Of a stretch of DNA of 64,000 nt, positions 51,010 to 62,740 are shown piece by piece (position 1 is the stretch's first letter; each line of letters starts with the position of its first letter). Below the pieces are notes generated by a model. The model saw only the letters and a program-made list of their open reading frames with translations, was not told the origin of the DNA and did no database searches. This stretch comes from Tubiluchus corallicola (taxonomy: Eukaryota; Animalia; Priapulida): the NCBI GenBank assembly GCA_030141605.1, contig JAQGDQ010000005.1, positions 434,001 through 498,000 of the forward strand, written 5' to 3'. A program made the translations under genes and the position numbers.

Positions 51010-54000
51010 GTGATTTTTGCATTAAATGAATGGATTTTTCTTATAATAAAGTGGAACAAGAGATATATGGCTTTACCTTCTACTTCTTATTTTTTGTGCA
51101 AGACAAGAATCTTTAATTTTCTAATTTTATAATATGCAAACTTTTCTGCAGACAGCTGCAAAAAATCATTATGACCCATGATTTTAAATACGGTGTATCA
51201 TAATCGAAATGTTGTTTTTTAGCCTGCCTAAGGTAATTGAAAACGCATCGCACCTGTTGCTTGCATCTGCTTGCCAAAAAAATTTTAAAACGAAGTTTTA
51301 GATGCAACTTAATTGTTCGTGAGCAAAACTTTACTTACCTGCAGGGCCGGCTTTAGGTAGTTTGACACCCTAGTCCGGAGTATTTTTAGCGCCCCCTCAA
51401 GTGTCAACCCCTTCTCCATAGTCAACATAACGCGATCCCCCAAAATTGAATTGTTCTTGCATAATGCTGTAATAAAGTATTACACTTACACATGTAGTAT
51501 AATGCACTAATTAAGTGCAGTTAATTATCTATCTAGAGGTTGTGTTGATTGAATTTGAAATTTAACTTATGACTTCGCACGTCCAGGTCGTCAGGAGCAA
51601 TCAAAATTTCTGCAATTTCTACTAAATTTGAGTAGATTTTCCCTCAGTCTTTCCATTATGTATTTATTTATTTATTTATTTTGATATTCTCTCTCTTTTT
51701 TACCTATACGTCCATCTCATTATTTTCGTCATCTTCACAACATCCTAACTCTGCTCTGGTTGCAAATATTTCATTAAAGATTCTTTTGTTGTTCAGTGTC
51801 ACCACACGCCAGCTTTTTGCCTTTCGTTTCCTGTAAGAACTTTTTTATTAACAAAAAGATCATTACTCACTTCTTAGCTCTACTGTTCTAGCAGTGTCTG
51901 AGCGAAATGAGATAGCAGAAGTTCAAATTCTTTTTTTTGTGGGAAGGCACTTGTTAGCCTCGATGAATCATATATTTTTGACAGGAAAATAACAAAAGTA
52001 GTTTGTTTCCTTTAATTAAAGTCTTGTGCACTTAAGCAATTACACACATTATGTATTACTTACACTATATCTAAAAATTAAAGAATTACTTTAAGAATTT
52101 GCTACCCCTAAAATTTTGCACCTTAGACAACAGCGTAGTTTGCCTAGTTGTACAGCTGGCCCTGTTTACTTATGTTACTCTGATATCCATGCACCTCATT
52201 CAAAACCTTTTGCCAAAAAGTCATATTTCCTGTAGTCTAGTCTATAGTTTGCTTATTTATTGCTTTCTAGCCTACTCTGTACATATAAATTGCTTTTTCA
52301 ATTGAGGAAGTTTAGTTTTGCATTGTACCATTTGTCTGGAGTCATTTTATGAAATTTCTGAATCACCCTTGCTCCCAGCCACTCTGGAAGTGGGATAAGA
52401 ACCAGTGGGATTAAGTTACTAGTACAGCAGAGTAATTTTCTTGTTTATGAACATAGTTCCCATAAGTTTATTTCTGGTTTCGATGTAATGTTATCATAAT
52501 ACAATATATATGAAATTTTATTAAAAGTCCATTATGTAAACATTTCAGATCTATGTCATAATGTACTTTGTTCAGATCTATAGTTGTGGTTGTTGGTTGT
52601 TGCCAGACTAATTACCCACAGCATTATGTTGATCAAAAGTCAGCTGAGTTTATTTTAAAGTGTTAACGTATAAATTTGCTGACATACGCACTACCTTATG
52701 CATGAACAAGTTTAATAAAAGAGAGTGTGTTTGGGTTGCTTAAATACGATGGCATAATAAACAGTGAATGTATTTAGTGCCATCTGTATGTCATATATAG
52801 ATATATATTCTTTATCACATAGTTGAGACTGTACGTGAAGCAACAAAGAGGAAGTTGGAAATGTCTAGTTCCGATGAAGATGAAAACATCTTGCTTCAGA
52901 AGAGGGAAAAGGTTGAAAAAGGTTTGTCAAGTTTAAGATACATAACAATTCTGTGGTTAGTTTGTTAATTTTTAACTGTACTTATCTCTGCATTTTGCCT
53001 TTTCTTCTTCCTGGTTAATGATATTAAAAAACTTGGCATTAGATTAACTGGCATTCAGAAAGATTGTACTATATGTCCTATGCTGTAATTATTCATCATA
53101 CTATTCATTATTAGTTCATTCATGAATTGGCTCTATGCTTTCTTCCTAAATTAAAAGCATATGTTTAGTCTTTAACCTGAGGTGTCCAGAAGCAGTGTCA
53201 TGATGTTTTTCATTATCATCTGAAGGATTTCCTTAACAGCAAACTGCAGTTAAAACATCACAGTTACACATGATGATCAATTGAGTTTTTCTAAAAAAAA
53301 GTCCAAACACGAGCAGAGAAAAAAGGAACACAGCAGTGCAAGCTACCACTGAAGTTCTTCTTCAGATAAACAAAAAGGAAAGACAGAAAGAGAAAAAAAA
53401 TCAAGGGAGTACTAGAACTAGTAATATTTGGAGTTTTTTTATTTATATTATTAATATGTAAAAAGGATATCACACTAAAAGGATGTGAGCACATAGAAAA
53501 AAACGCATGCACAGCAGATAAGAATGAAAGACAGAAGTATAAAACCATTTAGCCATGATCATAGAACAGGATGGGACACAACAGGGACCCTGGCTTATAT
53601 ATGGGAAAAACTTGTCAAACCAGTGGGGTAGAATGTAAACAGAATACAGCATATGGAGTTGGAGTGAATGACGAAAGAGCAAAACTGTATAGAGTGATTA
53701 ATCAGAAGAAAGGTTTGAACACAATACAAGCAATCCATGAGATGAGAGGAGAGGAGAACTTGAAAGAGGACCACGTAGTAACATAATATAGACTATGTTA
53801 TAGAAGTCCGACTTTGAGCAAAGCCCACATGATATAAAATTAACAATCATTTGAAAAAGTTGACTATCAGTGCAGTTAAAATTTTGCTAACTTTAGATGG
53901 TCCTTTTATAATATAAATACATAACATGAACTTAGTAATGTAAGGTCTTAAGACTACACATGCTGGCGAGGTCAGATATTGCGGGCATTTTGCTGGTAGT

Positions 54001-57000
54001 ACTGGTGGTACTATGCGGTCGCTAGTAGTGTCTTTATGTTATTAAGGTGGACCGTTTAAATTTACCTAAATTTTAACAGTATCCATAGTTTTCAAATAAT
54101 CTGTTGATACCATGTTGCTCTGCTTGAAGCGCTAGAAAAGCCTGACTTTGCTAGCTTATAAAATTATGTAGTCTTAAATTTAATTTAATTTTTACACAGT
54201 CAGCTTTTTCAAATAATTTAAAATGACTTAATAGTAATAATTAGTAATACTTAATAATAGTAAGCCTTAACACTTCAACAAGTATGTACGCCAAAAAGAA
54301 CAAGAACAACAACAGTTAAGTTTGGATGACAATCTTGGCACCTATGGTGCCAAGTAATATAGAGAATAGGAGGGAAATGGAGCGTTAGGGCCATTTTTTG
54401 TCTCAGTGTACACGTTTTATTTGTTTTGTCAAAAACTCTTTAAAACAGAACCCTAGATGGCAAGACGTGTCATATGTTATTCTTGAACAGTGATTGATGT
54501 TTTAAAATTGCAGGTGCATACTACGAGCCCCTGGTTGAAAATTCTGACTTGCGTCATCATGTTGGAGCTATGCTGTGTCATTTGATGACCACCTTTGTCT
54601 GTGGCATAAGCATAAAAAAACTGTTCGCTCACTTTAAAGATGAGTACAGACAAGAAATTCCAATAAAACAAATGGGCTATGAGAGCAAGTTGGAATTTAT
54701 ATCTCAGTTTGCTCCAGTTTTAAATGTAATCAAGAAAGCAGGCAACAACTCTGTGATAAAGATGAATAGGAATGAAACCACAGCAAAATACAGCTCAAGC
54801 ATTCATCAAAAGTCGTGGAAGGAATTGAACAAAGTGCTTATCAAAAACACTTGTGAGAAGCTGCGTGAGTTGCAGAAATTGCCTGCAAATTCTAAAACCA
54901 AAGAACTTCAGGGTGATAATAATATGGCATGTGCTGGTTCTGTTGTTAATGGTGTCGGCTCATCTAAGAGACTATCTTCCTCTGCTATGGAAAAAAGTGA
55001 AACTGATAGTGATTGTTATATTGTTGGTACAGTGCCTGCAAACGAAGCTAGCAAATTGCAGCCATCCACAGCTGCAACTACTGATCAGAAAGTGATGTCT
55101 CAACAAAGTCAGCAGAACCTGGGCATTACCAACCAATTTAATGCACACTCAAACCAAATGTTGAAACACATGGAGCACAAGTCAACTATTGATACTTTTT
55201 CTGGATGCTCTTCACAAAATCCTGTGTTACCACCACGCTTTCAAGGTTGTTTAGCAAATGCTGGTCCCATTCCATTGTTGTCACTGCCAATACGACATCC
55301 AGAACCATTTATCAATATAAACCAACCGTGCAGACCTAGTTTAGACAGTGGCAGGTTTAATCTACAAGGAGATTCTTGTCTTTCAGATTACAAGTTAAGT
55401 TTTCCTCCGTGCGGTGGGTCAAAAAAATTTTCTGAACCAGAAGGTAATATGAAACAACTTGCAGATTTTGATCAGCCTTTAATAGAAAATGCTAGTCGTT
55501 GCACAGCCAGAACCAAAGAACAAGTAAACAACATTGCTCAGTTTTGCATAGATAGGCTAGCAGAGCTGAACGAATTTGTAAGCTTTTCAGCAATAGAAAA
55601 ACTTCTCTGTCGGGAGCTAAAAATAAACAATGTGGTTGATTTGCGATTGGGGCTACGAAGATTTGACGATCTTGACTGTATTCAACAGCATTTGCGAACA
55701 CAGCGTAGAGTAAATGCATGTGTTCAAGCATTTGTGAAAGTGAGAAACATTTGCACTTTGTTTGAACTTAATGAAAGTTTAGGCGATTATGTGCCCAATA
55801 AAATGGCCTTCGAAACCCTTAAACTTGGTCCTTTGACACGACAACCAATTTTGTATGATATCTTTAAGATTCCGAGTGATATGACTGACATCTTGCCAAT
55901 AAGAACAGCAGATGTATATGAACATCTTCGTAACTACCTGTCTAGAAATGACTTGTGGACGCAGAAGATTGATATGGAGAAATTCATGGAGTATTTAGTT
56001 GAAGTGTATGGTGTAAAAAGTCCATACTATCTAGGAATTAGAATCACTAGTGGAGCTCTAATGATACAACAACTTAAAAAAGCTCAGCGAGATTGTGGCA
56101 GTTGTGTCAGATCAACAAAGGCAGAGCTAATGCAAAATACAGAGAAAAAGCTAACAACAGCATTCCGTCAATTCTGTGAACAGCTTCTAATCGAGGAAAA
56201 TGGCACTTGTAAAATAAAGTCACACTTTGCTCAGTTTGATGCCATGTCTGTTGTTCAGCAGTTTGCCAATGTTTTTAAAGCACTATACGACACTCTCCAT
56301 TTAGCACATCTCATGTCGCAGCCAGGAAACACAGAGGAAAGACACTGGCGGCATGTGGGAGAGGTAATGAAGTTCATGGCTGCGGTGAAAAAGTTGCCTA
56401 TTTTTGCACAGTTGTTTCAGTTGGCACTGATAGTTTGTGCCGATGTTGGAACAGCTACAGGTTACTGTAACCATGTTTTAGAAGTGTTGGCTAATGTTAT
56501 GCCTGCTAGATTAGTCACATCACATGAAATACCTGCTGATTTGGATGTGAAATCTTTGGGACCAGAAGTATCTACAGGTATATTTTATTTGTTTTTTATT
56601 TTACTTTATCACGTCTTAAATTTTTGAAAAATGACTTGCGAAATTGTTTGTTTTATGCCTAAAATCTGTGTTTGCATTTGCTCTTTTTCTGCAAACATCT
56701 TTTTGTGCCTTTATTTTTAATTTATATTGTTTGCAGTTTGTTTAGCTCTGATAAGTGATGAGTGAGTGATGATGGTTATATTGTGAGATAGAACAACTAT
56801 CAAAACTGTAGAATGGGGGAGGGCAGGTTTTCGTGATTTGTCAACACATATCTTCAGCTAAGTTGGAAATTGGCTATTTGCTTTGCTAATTTTATTAATC
56901 AGTAGAAATGTTCTTTCCTTATAATATATCTCTGTTGGTATTTTATTATTAGTTTTCACTTATTTAGATGAGGTTATTGCCAAGGTAAAAGAATATCTAC

Positions 57001-59425
57001 ACAAGTGTTTAATTGCTGGTTCATTGACTCTAACTCATCTGCACAAAATAGAAACTAAGCTCAACAAAGATTATGATGTTAACCATTTTGGCTTACTGAG
57101 GCATGGGAGCTTTTTGGAATTCTTAACAAATCCAGCTATAAAACCGGTATTTGAACTTCTTTTTTACACATGAACCGTTTGAACTGAGATGGAAAGAAGC
57201 TAAACAGCACTTCCCCAAAGGACGGGAAAGTTTTGTTTGATTCTGGTTTCTGCAATATCATTAATTTTTAACTAAATGCAAAACCATCTTATGTTCATAT
57301 TTTAAATATAAAAACATATGTTATTGTTAGTTTACTACCTTATTATAATAGTTAGGCTGTAACTTGTAATATAGTAATATAGTATATAGTTGTGTAGTAA
57401 TTTTCAGCCTTGTGGTTTTTATATATAATGTTTTCGAATTGTCTTGTTAGTTGTAATGGATTGCAGACGTAAGTTTGAATACTAGGCATACATTGTAGTA
57501 CCTGATATGTGACCACCTTTAATTTTTGAAATTATAAAAGCTTTATTTTACGTGTTCGCACACTTGAGCTTTCTACGTGAGTTATCAGTGCTTGTGCTTA
57601 ACTTTGCCGGTCATCGTTTTTTTCCAAATGCTTTGCATAATTTATTTTTATTTTGTGTTAGGTTTTGGAAGAAAGTGTTGGGCAAACATTGGGGAGTGGT
57701 AAAGTTACTACGCGTAGCCTTTACTGTCCATCACGTCATGAACTCGTTGAATTTTTAACTCAGTGCAGAACTATTGGCATGTCTCAGGCAAGTTATTGCA
57801 TTTGGAATTTATAAAAGAATGTGAAAGCTTTAGTTGCTACAGGACTAAAGCAGGTAAAGAGGTAAGGTCAATTTGCTGTTGGAGTTGTTAATTTTCTAGT
57901 CTTGCGCTGTTTGCTAAATCTCACTAACATATCTGGCACATTATCTAACACAACGCACATAACATATAGAGAAATGTAATTATAATGTATAATCTTCTTG
58001 TGATGCATATGTGCATATTGTGTGATATTCATTCTAGGATAACACTGAATACACGGCCTGTGAGTTCTTCAAAGTTAAAGAAATAAAAGACTTTGGACAT
58101 GGTTCACTAAGTCACCTTTTACAAATTGCTGATAAGAGAGTGAAAGACTCTAAGACATTTCCAATAATCTTTGAAAAGCCTCTTTGTGATAACAGTCCGT
58201 AGGTATTTTGATGATAATCTTTTCTTGCATTAAGTTTGCTCATTAGTTGTAATTATATTAGTGTAACAACACATATAAATGGAGATGTTCAATTGAGTTA
58301 CTCTGAATATTTACTGTACTGAGTTTTGCAAATTGAAAGCTGTTTCCTTCACCTATTATAACACATCTCATTTGTTATAACAGTAGTTGTAAACCTTGTC
58401 TTCCTTAACAAGAGTATGCTTATATATATATATTATGTTTATTCGCATATAAATATCAGTTTACATGCTTAGTGTAATAAAAACATATTACATAACAATA
58501 ACAAAAGGTAAGTAATTAGCATGTGCATTCAGTTAGTTACAAGGGTTAGTAACATGGATATTACTTTTTTATTAGTAAAGCCGGGTATATAAAATTCATT
58601 ACGAGCAGTCCAATATAAAACATAGGAGACAACATCACAGTCATTATAATGATCATTCGTAAAATCTATTGCATAAAACAGGATGCGATTTTTCCCTAGT
58701 GATATGCAGTGATGGGCCTGTGCTCACATAATTTCTTTACATTTTCAAATTACTGCTATGGCAAATATATCAGTTAGGTTTACAAAAATGTATGTGTGTT
58801 TGCAAGATTAGCTCTAGTAGATAAGGAGCCTTTGAACATTGATAGCTGTTGATGATACACTTTTACTGGAATTGCATGATAACCAGTTGCTATTATTTGC
58901 TGTCGAAAGGCTTTGACAACGTAATAAATAATCTTAAATTAGTCACTATATTTTTTGTTTGTCCTTTTAATTTTAGGGTGAACAAAAGTAAATGAATGAA
59001 ATTCTTGCTTTTATAATATGTGTAATATGTACAAGCATGCATTCTATACCAACTGAGAATGTCCCAAAGCAACAGGCTATCATTTACATTGCAATTCCTT
59101 CCAAAACTGTTGCAGTTGGAATAAACAGCGTAACATTGTGATGCATATCTAGTAACCAATGTCTAATAACAAATGAATACTAAGCATTTATAAATAATGG
59201 AACAAAAGGCTTGTATGTACTTACATATATAGATCAACGCTGAATCTCGACATTCACGCCACGACAAGTAGATATTTTTTATGTCGCCTAGACTGTTCTG
59301 CCCTGAATGGTGGCTACTGAATGGGCATTCGTTTTTTAAAAATTCATTTCTGTCCGAGATATGAGGGAAGGGAAGTGAGGTGTTGGGTGAGGAGGAGATA
59401 GAAGAGAGAGGGGGAGGAAGTGAGG

Positions 59426-59473
<48 letters not shown>

Positions 59474-61262
59474 ACTAGGAGTCCATGATTTTGCATGTAT
59501 TGGTACCCAGGTAATTAAGCATTTTTCAAAAAATGGGCATAGCCAGGTCGTGTGATACGAGTGAAATGTTGAAATTGGATCAGAGTCCCAGAAATTGGCA
59601 ATGGCACCTTCACTTCTAGGTCAAAGGTCACAGTAATAGGAGCTGTAATGTGAAAATTAGCTTAAATGGATTTGTCATTCAGCTGCTCTTACAGTATGAC
59701 TGCGAGCATATATTTTGGCATGTTTGGGGAGCCAAGTAAGAGTAGATGTGCATTAAGTATTTTTCGGAAAGGAGGCTTGGCCAAGTCAAGATAAATGGAC
59801 AAAAGTGTTAAAATAGCATTTTGTCAATGACTTTGAAAAAAGGATCAAGGTCAGCAAACATTTTCCAGTTCCTAGTACAAACACTTTGCAGACTCAGGCA
59901 ATCATATTGCGTGCTCATGTTATCATTCCAGTTCATTCTAGCAGTCTAATCAGTCTAATACTGTCTAGCAGCAAGCCAGCAACAGTTAATGCACTCGGAA
60001 TGTGAATTTCAAACTAAATCATAAATAGAAAAATAGCGGCCAGTACCATGTCAATGCAATAAATAATAGTGACAGTTAATTTATTGAACTAGACAGTAAT
60101 CTATTCTGCTTGTGCCACCACTTGTATCTACATCACTTAAACAGAATAACTTTGCTTAGTTAGAGTCGTGTAAATGTAACTGAGTTTGATAAGCATGGCA
60201 GCCTTAAACGTAATTGTCATTATTAATAAAACATTTGACACTCTAATTACTATTCACACTAGAATTGTATATAAATATTGAACAGGTGCATTTTTTTTGT
60301 TTTTAGGTGCAAATTTACAGGAAAAACTGGCATACTCGGGCATCAGTCGGAACAAGCTGCTGTTTCCTGCTTAAGAGCTTGTCCACTACTATTTGACATG
60401 GATGAATGGTCTATGTGGGCGTACATTTTTGCTCCACAGTTTGGAACGCTAAAAGAGTTTGTAACGAAACATGGTTCTGTAGCAGTAGTACCTGGCAAGT
60501 AATATGCAAGAATTTATATTTTTTAAATATGGTTCCAACTGTCTTTATACAGTGAGTCACCAGAATTAATATGTGTCTGGAGTGTAATACTCCCAATATG
60601 GTTCCAACTGTCTTTATACAGTGAGTCACCAGAATTAATATGTGTCTGGAGTGTAATACTCCCAATTATAAATTTAGGTAACTGTCTTGCAACGAATGGA
60701 AATTCATCATTTTTTCGTTATTATTTGCACCGAAGATTTTAGAACTCTCACTTCAGTCAGATTATTTTAACAAACGTCTTTACCATTCATTTATTTTTAA
60801 GCCACTCTAAACAGTTTAACTTTTATTTTATGGACTAACATATCAGTTAGTTAAATTATTCCATAAAATAAAATTAAACTATTTAGACTGCCCTTTAAAA
60901 ATGAATGAATGGTAAAGACTTTTTAAAATAAAGTCTAACTTATAGATGATAAGGCACAAGACTGCTGTTTCTTTTATAACTTATTTAGATTTGTCTATAC
61001 TATATAGGTCACAGTGATTCAGAAAATGGAAATTTGCTTGCTTTGGAAGTAGATTCTGGCCGACTACTAAAGCTTCCTTCAACCACAAGTCTTTCTCATT
61101 TTTGTGAAGCTGTTAAACAACGGGATGTTACTTCTACATGTGCTCACCTTGTGTCCTTAGTTGTGCATTACAAAGGAATAAAGTCAACGCCACTTATGTT
61201 ACTATGTAATGCAGTACAAGACAGTATGCAGACTCTACTAAATAATGTGCAAAACAATGCAG
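50661..61262 (+). CDS. NO VEIN-family protein with two N-terminal LOTUS/OST-HTH-like domains; 5' partial, no stop found in the window
   Basis: Exons 50661-51009, 52823-52921, 54514-56577, 56968-57146, 57662-57787, 58038-58198, 60307-60494 (or 60498) and 61008 (or 61015)-61262 join in phase (about 1140 codons). NOV-family motifs: VNACVQAFVKVRNICTLFEL...FETLKLGPLTRQP, F..L.HGSFLEFL, CLRACPLLFDMDEWSMWAYIFAPQFGTLKEF, LLALEVDSGRLLKL. Confidence 0.85.
51342..52164. mobile_element. Non-autonomous hAT (Tip100-like) element in the first coding-region intron of the NOV-like gene
   Basis: TIRs CAGGGCCGGCT / AGCTGGCCCTG; flanks CTTACCTG / TTTACTTA are an imperfect TSD. Confidence 0.7.
52823..52921 (+). 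CDS. NOV-like gene exon 2 (ETVREATKRKLEMSSSDEDENILLQKREKVEK)
   Basis: catAG acceptor, G|GTTTGT donor; phase 1/1 links exons 1 and 3; KRK basic patch. Confidence 0.7.
54514..56577 (+). CDS. NOV-like gene exon 3: LOTUS-like domain 2, disordered linker, NOV N-terminal conserved region
   Basis: 2064-nt open exon, ttgcAG acceptor, ACAG|GTATAT donor. GISIKKLFAHFKDEYRQEIPIKQMGYESKLEFISQ is LOTUS-like. Confidence 0.92.
56968..57146 (+). CDS. NOV-like gene exon 4 (...HFGLLRHGSFLEFLTNPAIKP)
   Basis: tttAG acceptor (phase 1), CCG|GTATTT donor. Confidence 0.88.
57662..57787 (+). CDS. NOV-like gene exon 5 (VLEESVGQTLG...ELVEFLTQCRTIGMSQ), GC donor
   Basis: Phase 0; ends CAG|GCAAGT; read-through reaches TAA within 9 codons. 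Confidence 0.8.
58038..58198 (+). CDS. NOV-like gene exon 6 (DNTEYTACEFFKVKEIKDFGHGSL...)
   Basis: ttctAG acceptor. The CC|GTAGGT donor is required to avoid an in-frame TAG, and its phase 2 matches the next exon. Confidence 0.82.
59275..59940 (+). mobile_element. Dispersed repeat copy with an internal (GA)n tract (Helentron/HINE-like)
   Basis: T-rich start, microsatellite, GGTCAAAGGTCA motif, similarity to 46.8-47.3 kb. Confidence 0.5.
59400..59473. repeat. (GA)n microsatellite / polypurine tract
   Basis: Directly visible. Confidence 0.95.
60307..60494 (+). CDS. NOV-like gene exon 7 (GILGHQSEQAAVSCLRACPLLFDMDEWSMWAYIFAPQFG)
   Basis: ttttAG acceptor; hallmark NOV motif. Donor is either G|GCAAGT (after 60494) or AA|GTAATA (after 60498). 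Confidence 0.88.
60526..60663 (+). repeat. Perfect tandem duplication, 2 x 69 bp
   Basis: AATATGGTTCCAACTGTC...GTAATACTCCC occurs twice. Confidence 0.92.
61008..61262 (+). CDS. NOV-like gene exon 8 (LLALEVDSGRLLKLPST...HLVSLVVHYKG..PLMLLCN)
   Basis: Open frame, GCAG|GTGCGC donor, no stop. No further exon was recognised up to the window end. Confidence 0.85.
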
Positions 61263-61329
61263 GTGCGCACTTATATGTAATTCTACTCTGTTTCATTTTA
61301 TTATTCGTAAACGTTAGCATCAGGGATCT

Positions 61330-62740
61330 AGGAGAACCCATATGCTATCATTTTATTATGTTAAGCATCCAGTTTTCTACTGTTCAGTTCATATTAACTC
61401 GCAAATGCACGTAAGTATTTAAGTAATGTGGGTAGATGTGTACCTGGGCTTTTAAGAAAGTTGAAATTCTCTAAGAGTCCGAGGCAGGAACCAAAATATG
61501 TAACACTGAATAACTCTAAAACTGTAGTAAGTGGAGTCACGTAACTTGCAGGGACGACAACTAAGATAGGGGCTCAGACAATTGTGTGGTTAAAAAGCTG
61601 GTATTGTCTAAGGACTCGAGTTAGGAGCTAAAATGCGAAATCAGGCAAATTAGTTTTAATTCCTGTTAACTTGCAAACGAAGAAAGCTATGGTCATGAAA
61701 TTTGCAGGGTAGGCACCTGGGGTAGGGGCTTTAAAAATGGTGTGGTGGAACAATGACCTCAGTCAACGGGTCAAGGACATTGGATATTGGTCAGTAATTC
61801 GATTTCCATTCACCCCACTTCTCTTACTGTTTTGAATTAAATTTAATTATTTTCATAAGTATTTAGGTATTGTGCGATAGATGTATAACAAGGCTTTGAA
61901 AAAGCTAGGATTCTTTCAAGGTCTGAGACAAGAACCAAATTGCATAACATTGAACAACTCTGCAACTGTGGTAACTAGAGTCATGAAACTTTCAGGGTAG
62001 AAACCTAGGCCAGAGGCTCAGGCAATGGTGTAGGGTATGGTATAGTTCCAAAGTTGGAATTTTTTAAGGACATGAGACAGAAACCAGAATGTGCAAATTT
62101 GAGCATCCAGTTTTAATTCATGTTAACTCGCAAATGCAGAGTAGATACCTGTGGTAGGAACCTTGAAGATGGTGTGGTGACTTATGACCTTGGTCGAAGG
62201 GTCAAGAACCCTGAACACTCCATCAATTTTTCTATTGTCATTCAAGTCAGCCAAAGACTTTGAGTTCCATTCAAAATATTTTTCACAAGTATTGAGGTAT
62301 TGTGATGTACTTGTGTATGTAGGCTTTTAAAAAGCTGTGGTTCTTTAGAGACCCAAATAGATGCAAAAGTGCATGCTGATGACGTGATGAGTAAGTCTAA
62401 AATTATAGTAGTTAGAGTCACAAAAGCTGTAGGGTAGACACCTGGAGTAGGTGCTTCTACTAACATGTGGTTAGAAAACTTGGAATTATTTAATGGCCCA
62501 AGATAGAAACAAATTGTGAAAATTGGGGTATTGAGTTTTAATTCATGCTAACTTGTGAATCCAGAGCGTTATAGTCATGAAATTTGCAGTGCAGATATCT
62601 GGGATGGCAGTGCCTTAAAGCTGAGCAGTGATGTCAATCAAGGGGCCAAAGGCACAGGATATCAGTCAGTTTTTAAGTGTCATTAACTCCTTCTGGGCCT
62701 TCGTGTAAAATTCATTTATTTCGTAAGCATTTAGTTGTTG
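61330..62740 (+). repeat. Diverged tandem array of ~430-450 bp units (HINE-core-like)
   Basis: Recurring AGTTTTAATTC-TG-TAACT-G-AAA, GTCATGAAATTTGCAG-GTAG, TGGTGTGGTG...ATGACCT...GGGTCAAG at about 61.65, 62.1 and 62.53 kb. Confidence 0.65.

Noticed and set aside
53290-53790. Additional NOV exon or separate gene (ORF 53571-53786)
   Set aside because: No convincing splice sites, and exons 2 and 3 already join in phase. It looks like decayed retroelement sequence that I could not classify.
54549-56627. Standalone 692-aa gene starting at TTG
   Set aside because: It is an internal exon (54514-56577). The hydrophobic tail IFYLFFILL is intron read-through, not a TM helix.
60411-60665. Minus-strand ORF with a repeated peptide
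   Set aside because: Artefact of the 69-bp tandem duplication in an intron.
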